Positions 24,701 through 37,700 of a DNA stretch of 62,000 nt are shown here, piece after piece. The translations under genes and the position numbers were made by a program. Within the stretch, counting starts at the first letter, position 1. Each line of letters begins with the position of its first letter. The notes below the pieces were generated by a model. It did no database searches and was not told the DNA's origin. It saw nothing but the letters and a program-made list of their open reading frames with translations. Source of the DNA: Diadema setosum (Eukaryota); the NCBI RefSeq assembly GCF_964275005.1, contig NC_092686.1, positions 46,252,001-46,314,000 on the forward strand. The letters are read 5' to 3'.

Positions 24701-27700
24701 GAGCCAGTGATAGCAAGGTGATATTATAGCATTACCTAATGCACCTTTTTTTAGCTGGCACTGCAGCACACTGTATCCACACAAAAACAAAAAGCTTTTG
24801 GACTGAAAGAGCCACTCCCACATCCTACCACAATCTAACCCCATCTATATCCTGTTTCTAACAACAGGTAGTCAAAAAAGAAAAAAAAAAAAATCTGCCC
24901 CCCACTTACACACACAGTTGAAGCTCTGATCATTTCATTATTAACTGGTAAAAAGTCTTCACTGCAGCACAATGCAGTGTACTCCGGACATTCAAGAGGA
25001 TATCCCTGGAAATTAATCCTACCACAATTCTTTCCTATGCAGCAGAAAAAAATCTCCAAATTGCCAAAAGTAATTGATAGCAAAAATGTGGGGGAAAAAT
25101 CTGCTCCACGACTGAGATTTCAGCTAGATTGTAAATCATCTTAATCTCATATTAAGCTTTCATAGAGTAGTTCTACATTGAAATCAAGATGGGTATTCCC
25201 AATTTTTTTTTTTCCGGATTAAAAAAGGAAATGCCAGATTTGAGGATTGGGCGGTTTTTGCATTGACATACTCTGGTTGGTATATACTCTTTATTTCCTC
25301 TACTCTAGTCAGTAATACTCTCTAGCAATTCATGAGGTTATGAATCCTTGTGAGCTGATGATCTTTCATGCAAAAGCCACCATCAGGTAGGTAGTGAACA
25401 GGACATTAAGGATTTATTATAAATCGATTTTCCGGAAGTAATGTTTCAAGTTTCAGGATCATCAAGCCGGGAGATCATGACAGGCTTTTCCTGCGGATTC
25501 TTTTTTCCTTTGTCTAATTTGTGTTGTCCTTTTCTTTTGTTGTTATTGTTGTCAACTTCCTACTTGATGTTCTTATCTTCCTCCATCATATAACTAGGCT
25601 GGTCATGCTTGCCTACTTCCCTTCTCGTATCTTTTCCAAGACAGATAGCATATTGTGCCCAAATAGGGTAATATCGTCGCCGGTCACACGAACCGACGAA
25701 TCCCTCAGGTTTGCGTAAGAATGACAATTCGAGAAAATCGCGTTTGAAGTTAACCCATTTTTGACTTATGGTTGCTACACTTTCATGTCTATAATTTCCA
25801 ATTATTTTTGTAGTACATCAGACTTCAATTCTTGCTCTAACTTGCGAAGTTTTTATCGAATTGTATTGTTAACAAATAAGCGGAAAATCGTCAAAGAGCT
25901 GCATGCATGTACAGTATTCACCGCATAATCGGGACAGGTTGGGAGTAGCAAACACGGCCCCTTTAAGCGGGGTGCCCGATTTCGCGATGAGCACTCACCA
26001 TACACTAACGGCATACGACATGTACATTATGTAGTGCACACACACACACACACATGCAGACTGACGTACTGTACATGTACATGAATACACAACCACGCTA
26101 CCCCTCGGCGCGACCCTCTAGCTGTCCCTGCATTCTCGCAATGATGTAGAGTAATCGCAACCGGGTTCTTCTTCTGTCGCCTCTCTTCGAACACAAAATA
26201 TGTGGATTAAAAGCTAGCACTTTCTTAAACATTCGTGGAATTCTTGGACACGTAGGGCGTTCTGTATAAATACATATCCACAACCATGGGAAATGATTAC
26301 CCAGAACTGATGTGGGAACGTCAATGAAAAGTCCTTCAATCATTCAATCATCACGGCTTGATTGTTTACTTGCCGCGATCACTGCACTGTACATGTGTTG
26401 TAGCGATCTGGCTCGCCATATATACACATGTACAGAAAAGCGAAGGCGGGCAGCGAGCTGAAATGTACGTGTACTGGATGGACGGAGGTCAAAACACACC
26501 AGTCCGAAGCTTGCTTTGTAAGTTTGATGTAAACGACAACTGATAGGGAATCTTTGAAATATTGTTGTGGTGTTTTGGTAGATTTTTTGTGTAAAATATC
26601 AACAAAATCAAAGATCGCTTGAAGAAAAATTGTCCCGTTTATCAGAGGTCCCCGCCCGATTATCCAGTGAAAATAACGTGCATTGGAAATGTTTCTGGGA
26701 AGCGTATGCCATTTAAGCGAGGTTCCCGATTATCAGATGCCCGATTATGCGATGAATACTGTATTTTCGGTCTGCAAAGAACGTTGTCATTTTCCATGTG
26801 TGTCCATATGTACATGTACATTGAGCGTTATCATTGTCAACGCATGTATTACATAGTACGCGCGGTCAATGAACTGTTGAATCTCAAAAATTACACGCAA
26901 GTCAATGCGCACTGATTCGTTGGTTCGGTGACCGCGCGTATGCGCTGTCACCGAACCGTCGAATCGCCTGATTGTTTTAACACACGCGTCTATGGGGAAA
27001 ACAAATAATTTTCACAAATGGAATTACATACTTCTACAAAAGTGATAACTACGTAAAAATTACACTGAATTACACACTGAGAATTTCAGAATATGTAGTA
27101 TGGAATATCTACTATCGAAATGATTGAAAATCTCAAAATCGAAAATTTGACCCAAAATCGAGTGATTCGTCGGTTCGTGTGACCGGCGACGATATGTCAC
27201 ACACTCCAGCCAACATCAAAGAAGATTTTTAAAAAAAATCAAAGATAATTCTCCTCTCTCACATTGGCATTTTTTTTCTGTTGTGATTTTATGATTCTTT
27301 ACTGATCTTGTGCAAATTTAATGAATTCAACCATTTCTACCTAATCTTTTTTCCATATTTAAAAGATATGGAGTTAAATTCAGAGGTGCATTCTAATGTT
27401 GAAAAGATGATATTTTCTGCAATAAATGTCCCCCAGGAATGAATAGCTTAAAACAAAACATGTTCCCATTTTTTTTTCTTTTTTTTTTTAGGTACCAGTA
27501 TCTGTGCCCAGACAATGGTATAAATCCGGTGAGAGGAAACGAAACCATGCCGCTGAAAATCCCTGCATACGACAGAGCTCTACAGGATGGACTTTTATAT
27601 TGTTCTTGTCATATCATACCCTGGATGACCATGAATTCAATGAGATTTAAACCACTTTCCATAGATCAGGTTAGAACATGCCAGATGGAGGAACATGTAA

Positions 27701-30700
27701 GCATGGCATCCTTCCTAGCCAAATACGGTAATCTTTGCTCAAACAAATTGGGAATTTCAGGGAATGACAGCTTAACAGTCGAGTGGCTTTCATACAAAGA
27801 TTCTCCTAGCTTTTACACCTCCAAAGACTTGACTAAACAAGTGATTCTAAACATGATTCAAGAAGCTCATTAAAATCACAACAACAAAATAATTGGTTTC
27901 ATTATCCAGTTTTCATGGAAGTTTACATTCTATTTTATGCATCATCATATGATGTTATCAACTGAGAACCAGAAGGGCAATATCGGGTTCTAAGATTTGA
28001 GCCTAAATAATCAATTTTCATGAAAAAAAAAAGTTCATTTTAATCAAAAGTGGGTAGATCTATAAGCACTGTTCCAAATGTGGGGTAAAATAGTGCCCTT
28101 GTGGTTTGATTTTTTCACATTTTACTGAAAATGAAAACAATTTAAAATTGACAACAAATAAAGAGGAGATTGAGCTCTACAACATGATACAAATGTGACC
28201 CGCTACAACAAAATGGTCCTAAAGTCGCGCACGGTCGAAGCCGTGAAAATCGAGTTTGAAGTCAGAGCATCAAAATTGGTCAAAACTTACGAATTTTTGA
28301 ATTTGACATATTATTAGAGTCTGACATGTCTTCTATCATCTGTCGAAATTTTGAAGCAAAATGATGAAAGGAAAGACCAAAAAATAGCGTTTTTCTGGGC
28401 CATGTTTTTTGCGCGTTTCAACGAAGCAGAAACTGGTTCGAACATTTGGAGTGAGCGCCACACATAGGCTCCGCCCCTAACAACGACCAGAGTGATCTCA
28501 TTGGTCAGTTTGCTGCTTGCCGCTAACCGAAGCGTGAAGCTCGCACACAGACTGCCCAGTCGACTGGTGCGTGCTGGCAGGTGCGCTATGCCCAGCCGCT
28601 TCTCCTGTCATCCTGGTCACTGATTGGTCGGTGAGGAAACCGCCGACGCTGTGTTTGAATGAGCATTTCGGAGTTGCTAGGGCTTACCTTCTATTGTTCG
28701 GAGGTGAAAACTGACTTGCGTGTCCTTTGATTGTGATTGCGTCGCAAGGAGAACTTTTAAGGCGCTTTTCTTGAAACAGTGATTTCCCAGACGTATCGAC
28801 ATGCTCTCTTTTAAACATCGATATCTCCGCAGTCGATTATTTTTATATGATGTGTTATGTATCAATTTAAAGCAGAATGATTAGCCATTTGTGTCATGCA
28901 ATTTTCAAATAATCGACCTCACCCGACTTTAGGATCATTTTGTTGTGGCGGGTCACAAATACATGTGACTCAACACCCCCTAAAAAACAAAAAACAAAAA
29001 GTTGCGATAAAGCCCTTCTTGTTCTCAGCTGAAGATGTATTTTGATAATCTGGTGGTAAAACAAAAGCAATGCTTGAGAAAGTTGTGCAGTCACCCTGGA
29101 ACATAAACACTTTCTTCACATCAGGAAAGAAACAAGTCACATCAGTCCTGATTTGTATTTGAGTTGGCAGACGTTTGTTTTTAAAAATTTGGCATGTCAT
29201 GCTGCTTTCATTTCAGCGAAAACTTTATCCCGAAATGATTCGCCACCACTCAGCTACACCACAAATGCCAAAAGTTTCCATAGTCTGTTTCATTTGTTTG
29301 TTTGTTGTTGTTGTTTTTTTTTTTTTTTTTTTTTTTTTTTTATTGACCGGCTGCCTCTAGTTGTCAATAATTGGTTCTCACACCCAAACATGGCTGTATA
29401 ATGAACTCTGGGTGATGTAGGAGGTGCCTGTTTGACAACTCCAGTCTAAGGCCATTGAGGCCGGTCATGGGTATCGGTATAAAGCACACATCAAACACAT
29501 CAAAACACAACGACCCTCCATACCTGCTCCATGGAACACAAGAGATGCAAGAAAGTAGTCTTCAGTGGGGTGAATCTAGCTTTGCTAAGGGGGGTACCTA
29601 ATGACGATGGGCCATGATAAGCACACAAAAAAGTTTTCACATTTTTTGCTGCCACTTCCTTCCCCCAATCCACTGACAAGCAAAAACAAAACAAAAATAG
29701 AATAAATAAATACATTAAAAAATCACAAAAGCAGCCCAAGGGGGGTTTAAGCCCACTACCTGCTTAGAAACGTCAGTATTAAGCACTAAATAAGTGTTAG
29801 TTATTATCGATATTATTACCCTCCCCCCATCAGCCACTGCTCCTTCTGTTCCATGAACACAGTAACAATCCGTTGACACAGTGACCATAAACACAGTGAA
29901 TCATAAAAAATATGATGCTCCTCCATGCCCACCCCATGTGACGCACACAAGAAGGTACTCTTCGTTCAATGAACGAAGTAACAATCCGTTGACGCAGTGA
30001 GGACAACCTGTCACAAGTCCAAGTAGACTTCAGCAGTCCCACCTCACTCACAGCTCATTGAAGTTAACAAACAGAATACAACTTGCCAAGTGGCTGCCTC
30101 ACACCTCATATCACTTCTATTTGTCGTGACATACATCTGCGATCTATCATCATGTTACCCTGATAAAATTTGCAGACATGACAGCTGAGATCACTGGAAG
30201 ATACAAATACATTCAATTTCTTGATAAACAGGAAATTTAATACATCCAAAGTCAAACTTGAAAGATATCTAATTATCTCCTTTCTTAGTTTTAAAGAACT
30301 TCTTAGTACCTTTCAGTGTGGGTGAAAATCAAAGTTTAAACAGTTTTACTGTGGTGTTTTGAGCTGACTTATTTTGTTTACAAGCTAAATTTCTTTTATG
30401 TTTGACTATCACGTCTAAATCTATAGGTTGAGTTGACCTTCCTAAAACAGTCTATATATCCCAAGGCTACTTTTCATACTGATTTTGAACTCTTCGTGTG
30501 CCACGGTGTAAAAACCCCTGTGTGTCAAATCATTCTGAGACCTCAAGAGCTTTTGGAAAAACATTCTGATTTTCAAGTCATGTAACCTTTTTCTTTTAAT
30601 AATAAAAGCTTTCTGCTAGAAATGTAGTCTAGAAGAAATTAGACTTCTAAAGAGGAAATTGCAAACTTTGTGGTGATGCAAATTTTATGACAAAGCTATA

Positions 30701-31689
30701 ACCATCTCTCTTGCAAATAGAAAGTATATACAACATAATTTATTATTTTTTATTTATTTATTTATTTATTTGCATGGTTGTGCAGTTGAGCGAAATATGC
30801 CAAGTTGGCAAGCCATCAACTGAGTTGGGTATGAGAATGTGGTACAAAAAGAGTTGATTGGAATGATTGAGATGTATGATATATTATCACTTCACAAAGT
30901 TATCTATGTGACTGAATGTCCCCATCATAGGAAAAAATGTAAAGCATCTGTAAATGTTATTACTTTTCTCTTGTCCAAATTTCAATGAAACTTCCACACT
31001 TCACTCCATTTAATCTTAATTCATTCTATAAAGTCAACTTGACAATTGGGAGGCATATAGCTACAAGCACACAGAATATCAGGGGGCTACTACAAGAGCT
31101 ATTCTGTATATGAATTAACAGTATACAGTGTGTGCCTACTGGTAGACTGTGAAAAAGGTTTGGGTCTAAGATTACGTTCTATTATGAGTGCCTTAGATGA
31201 GGGGAAGTTAACAACAAATTCTCCATGGTGATTTCCTAAGCCAAAATGAAAACAATATCCAACTTTAACAATGAGGAAAGTGAGATGTGCATACATCATG
31301 GGACAGCTGAAAAAATTACAGGCATACAGTACTACCAGTTGCTGTAATGCCTCAGGCACCAAAGAGGTAAAGGCAAAAGTTTGAGAGTGGAAAATTCATT
31401 TCATATTACTGCCGACCCTGAAGGCACTGCCCCTCCCTCCTTTGTTCCTTAGTATAGCTCTGTATGCGTAAAATAACGGAACTGAACATAAACTTGAACT
31501 AAAAAGGTCCGCTTTTTCTCACCCCCCCCCCCCCTAAAAACCTAGTTATGGGCCTGAGGCACACTACACTATATATGTCGATGGCTAAGGAGAGTGAAGT
31601 AATGAACGTCATAATATTATGTACAGACACCTCCTGTTGCAGACAGTTCCTCCATGCATCCTGTTTTGTTTTGTTTTTTTTTTGTTTTT

Positions 31690-31734
<45 letters not shown>

Positions 31735-34700
31735 TTTTTTTTTTTTTGGGGGGGGGGGGGGAATCCAAACTATTCCACTTGATGTTTGGGGTAAAACCAG
31801 TACTGTACGGAAGCCCATTCATGGCACGCAGGATAAAACTTTCAGTGGAGCTAACTTGCAGCCGCCCACTTAATTATCTGGCGGCCGCCACATAATTATC
31901 GATATCGACATTTCTCATAATTATCAATATCACTAAACAATAATTATCTGGCGGCCGCCACTTAATTATCGTTTAGTGATATCGATATCAATATTTATGT
32001 GGCGGCCACCACTTAACTATCGTTTAGCGATATCGATAATTATGTGGCGGCCGCCAGATGCCGCCAGATGTGACGAAAAATGTGTGTATCACCTGCACAC
32101 TATAGGAACTTGGCATAGCTCAGGATACACAAAAGCACTCTTATTGATCCCTTGTCTGACAACCAATGAAAAGCCCTCCAATACTATATTGTTGCTATAG
32201 CAGCCTGCATCAATTCATTACAACACATCAGTCGCACTCTTCCAATATATTCTCTCGATTCCCAGAAGTGAAAACTTTCCACAGCATTATCAAGGGCATG
32301 CCTTATTCGGTAATGCTGCGCAAAGCTCAGCCTCCACACAGTGAGTTTAACATCATAAAAAATCCACACCACAGAACTGCATCCTGTCACATTGTGATTA
32401 TTTCCTCATCTGCAATATAATCAAGCGTGACTGTGGGAATCTCATCAAAACATAAACATTACTTGACCTTTTGCCGGATTTCTTCTCACCCAAAGTGCCC
32501 TAAAAGATACACCACACAAGTACCGTCAGTCCAGAAGGCAATAGAATTTCCTCTCCTTCACATAATGAGTTTTAAAACGTGATGTGGGAATGTGGTCACA
32601 CTGCGGGTCTTGTCTCTAAGAACTCCACTCACAAAGTCTTCCAAGAAAATTCTCCATGGTGCCATCACCAGCCATCACCAAACGAGACATGGTGGGTTTC
32701 TTAGGAAACAGACTACTAAGCATTCTAACAAAGATTTTTGATTTAATGCTCTGTAGTCAAACGTAACACCAACAGAGGAAGGACTCTTTCTGGTTCTAGT
32801 GGTTCTTGAATTGATATTCCTGACAAATAATAGTAACAATGCAGTCTTAAAGTCTGGAGGAAATGCAGAGGAGTGATCTTGAGAATCAGTGACTTGCCAT
32901 TATTTTTTTTTTCATGAATTACTATGGCAATCTACATGACAATGATAACAAAAACTGTAGAATTTCATTTTTCCCGATGACCACTAGTTGTGGGGGCTAT
33001 TTTGTTTAAATACGTCTGAATGAGTCAGGTTAATCTATTCAAAACTTGCAGACATGGGCAATGATCTGACAGTTTACACATAGCCATAAGAACTTTACAT
33101 TTCACGCCAGAATTCATGGAATACTACATAGATTGAAGTCCAAACAAGTTAAAGGGGTTGTATAGTTTTGGTTGAGACCTAATTTCAGGTTTCTAACATT
33201 TTTTGGTAAGGTAATGAGAAACCTCTGAAATATGAAAGAGCATGTAAAATTCCATGAGGAATTCAACATTTATTTGATGAAAATTGGTTTTGAAATGGCT
33301 GAGATATCCAAAACAGAGTGATTCTAATAAGTGTGGGACCCACACTTTATTACGATCGCTTTGTTTTACTTTGTTTTTAGATGTTTTAGTCATTCCAAAC
33401 CCGATTTTTATCAAATAAACTTTGAATTCCTCTTAAAATGGTATGCTCTGTACTATTTCATAAGTGTTTTCTTGGTATCTCGCAAAAAGTTGAAAGCCCA
33501 ATTCACATCTCCACCATTACTGTACCATCCCTTTATGATTCTTGAAAATGATTAATTCTACATCTAACATCTTCATTTTTTTTCTTGCTGAGAAAACCTG
33601 AATACTCCCTTTCTATCACCTGTATTCTACCTGAAAAGCCCCCACCCCCCACCCCCACCCCCCCCCCCCCCGAAAAAAATGACATGAGTGACATCATACC
33701 TAATCACAAGAACATTTCACATGCATTATCACAATGAAAGATAGTGGTAAGTAGTTAAAACAGACTAAGATTACATCAATTGTGCATCAAGCCACTATCA
33801 ACTATACCTTGCATAAATGTTTAGTAATCCTTTGAAGATGGAAAAAGTTGTTGGTTTACTTCCTTTAACATGAAACACAAATCAATTGTGCTATATCAGT
33901 TTGAGTCCTTGGTACATGTATGCTTAAGCTGGTTAATAATATTACAGTCAAACCTGTCTATAGCGGCCACCCAAGGGAAACGAAAAAAGTGGGCGTTATA
34001 GACAGGTGGCCGCTATAGACAGGTTATCCAACTATATGTGTGCATTGCCTAAACATGTACTGTACATGTACATGTATCATCATTGTATACATCTATAAGT
34101 ACTTAGTGCAGGACATACATGTACATGCGTATGTATGCACACATGCGTTTCATGCATTGAACAATGCCGGCGTTTATGAAATTGTTACACAGTAGCATGT
34201 TGTAAAATTGTGAAGAAAGCTTAACACTAGTGCATTATCATGACTGAATAAGTGATGAATGCAGCGGTGGCGATCACTGAACGTTGCCCATGAATGACTG
34301 GTACGGCCACAAACCAGAAAAACACGCTGAATTACCGGGTCTGTGGCCGCTATAGACAGGTTAAAATCTACCGAGGGAAACAAAATTTGTGGCCGCTGGC
34401 CGCGTTAGACAGGTGGCCGCTATACACAGGGTCTTAAACAGGGCTTTTCTCTTGGGGTGATTTTTCAGTGGCCACTACAGACAGGTGGCCGCTAAGGCAG
34501 GTTTGACTGTACTTCATAATTATGAATTTTTATCATTCCTATCATCCTATCACAATATCAACATTTATTATCACCATCTTACATAATATCCTGTGACTAT
34601 CTCTTACAGGGTGTTTACTTTCCCATCACTGAGTTTCCAGTTAGCCCAACACATACTAGAAACAAGCACACTATACATTAACCCGTTGAGGACAGGCTGA

Positions 34701-37700
34701 TTTTGCTAATACGCATTTCCCATAGACACTAGCTTGAGTATACTTGGGACTCGTCGTCACCGGGTTAAAGGACAAGTTCAGTTTGATATACATGTAGGCC
34801 TAAACATGGATTGAGAAAATGCAGCAATATTTGAATTGTCCTTTAAAGGACAAATTCACCTTCATTAACATAAGGATTGAGAGAATGCAGCAATATTAGT
34901 AGAACACATCAGTGAAAGTTTGAGGAAAATTGGACATTCGATGCAAAAGTTATGAATTTTTAAAACTTTTGTGTTAGAACTGCTGGATGAGGAGACTACT
35001 AAGGCTCGTGATGTCATATGAGTACAACAGTATAAAGAAAATGTAAAGAAAATTCAACATATTTTCACTTTTTCGCATAATAAAAGAGCACTTGACTTGC
35101 CTTTTTCTAAAGGCAATGGGAATAATATTACCCATAACATATGTCAGTAACGAGTCAAGGGAAAGTGTACATTTTTCAAAAGATGAAATTTTGTGAAATT
35201 CTCTTTATTTTTTCCTTATATTGTTGTACGCATGTGACATCATACACTGCAGTAGTCTTCTCATCCAGCAGTGACTGCACAAAAACTTCAAAAATTCATA
35301 ACTTTTGAACGGATTGTCCGATTTTCCTCAAACTTTCAATGATGTGTTCTACTAATATTGCTACATTCTCTCAATCCTTATGTTAATGAAGGTGAACTTG
35401 TCCTTTAATAGCTTGCTGGCCAACACTGCCTGGGAAGCTCTTCTTACATTCAATTTCATCCTCACTTACTAACATTGTAACAAATGTTCTATATTGTATT
35501 CTATTTTTTAATCACGTGATATATTAAAAGATGGAAATTCCAGTTGAAGAGATTTTAAGATGTGGCATCTGACTTTCTCTCCCGAGCATCAGAGTGGTCT
35601 ATGTGCATGTCCTGAGAAGGCCGCTCAATGAACCATAGTGCTCAGGGTGACCAGAAGATGCAACAGATATCGGGGGGGGGTTTGTTATAGTTCGAGACAA
35701 ACTAAATCAATTCTCTTCATTTGTGTAATAATTATTTTATAAGTATAACAATATTCCAGACCAAATACTTCATTAATTTATAAAATATCTCTAAAGATAT
35801 GTTGTGACAATTAATTAATGCAGATATTGACTTTTAAACAAATGGTTTAGGCGTAAATAATCAAACACTAAATGAAGATGCCCACTAAACTCAACAAAGA
35901 ACAACCACCACCACTGGCATCACATTAACCCTAACTTACCTGGGCTATTTAGCAAGCTTGAATTCCTGGGGGGGGGGCTATTATGGCCCCCCCTTCAGAT
36001 CTCGGCCGTTGATCGCGCGATCGCCGCAAAATTTTGCATGAACATAAAGCCGGATGTAATCTACAAGACTGTTAAGTTCAATTTTCAAAAAATTTGCAGT
36101 TTTTATTTTAAATTAATTAATTATGCAAATATATGCAAAAAAACTCATTTTCGTCTATAATTGGCTTATAAAAGCTTATGGAATGCTGATTTTTGTTTTA
36201 AATTTTCCTAGTGACATTCCGAACATTTGTACGTAAAAAGAAAATCAGTATCAAAATTAATTTCCTATGTTTTCTATTGTTTTATCATTTTTTAATGTAT
36301 TTCTTTGTTTTTTCGAACTTTTGTTTTTGTTGTTTTTTTCAGCAGAATTTGTCATACACATCTTTAGAAGCATAGCTATACTAAAATACATTTATTTCAG
36401 CCATTAAAATTAAAAATATGAATCTTTATATGAATTAATTGAAAAAACACAATTTGTATTGACTTTGTACACAAAATCACGTTTTTGAGCAATTTTGGGG
36501 TGGACGAACATTTTTTGAAGGGGCGTGGCTTCGGAACGGTATGCCCGGTCGCGACAAATTTGGTCTCAAAAGTTGCGCGAGACTTGAAAGTAAAAAGTCA
36601 GTGAGCGGCGCGGTCAAAAAATTTTGCGCGGCGGAATGGTCGCGGAATTTGTCGAGGGGGGGGCCATTATGGCCCCCCCCCAGGTAAGTTAGGGTTAAGG
36701 TGTGGAACCTCATTCCAGCCTGAAAGCTGTCAGTATGAAAGCAACTGGACTGAGCCATACTCATAAGTTACATTCACACGCAGTTGCCAAACTTGAAGTT
36801 TAGGTAGAAAACTTAACTGTCGATGAGTAGCTCCACTCGTGATTTCACGAGGCAGGTTCACATGGGCATCTAAACTTTAAATTACAACTTACGAGCGAGC
36901 CCCACTCGATGATTACAACGGAAGTGCAGTGTCTTTGCTGGATGGCCTTATGCCCACACAAAACAGCCCAGCAAACGAGATGCGAGGTTCACACTAACTC
37001 ACAAGCTCGTTAATCACTGTGTCCACACGGAGCGAAACTATGAGCAGGGACCCCCATGGCTCATGGAGAGAGCGTAAACTCTAAGATGTTTCGTGGTTCT
37101 ACTCATCGACTAAACTTTAAGATTGCTAAACTTAGTAGTTTAGTGCGTCCACACGGCGCTAAACTACAAGCTAATTATCGAGAGTTAATTTTTAGACCTA
37201 AACTTAAAGTCTAGGAGCAGCATGTGAACCTAACTATAGTTACATGTGAGGTAGGTCAGGCAAAAAAAAAAAATTGTTGTATTGGCGTAACCCACCCGAC
37301 CCTAAAAATTCCACCGACCCTATGTTTTTTATTATTTTTTTTGCTATCGATATCAAGTATCTTGTTGACTGCGATCGTGATCGCAAACCCGGAAGTGGAA
37401 ACGGCTCTGGGGATATCGGATGTACGAAGGAGAGATCTCGCTAGCGCCTCGCATAGCCGGCCTCGCTTGATCAGTACGTCATCTGTTTCCAACACGGACG
37501 CGTACTCCATCAAGATTTATACAGTGTATACTTAGCATTTAGACTGCAATGTATTTTGCACAGTTTTGCCATAGGTTTCTTGTGTGGAGAACTTACATGA
37601 ATCTGTATATGTGGGACTGTAATAGAGATCGCCGTGTGCGATGAAAAGATCGTACATATGGGTCAATTTGCATCTATCTTAAGTCAAAATAGTAAAATAT

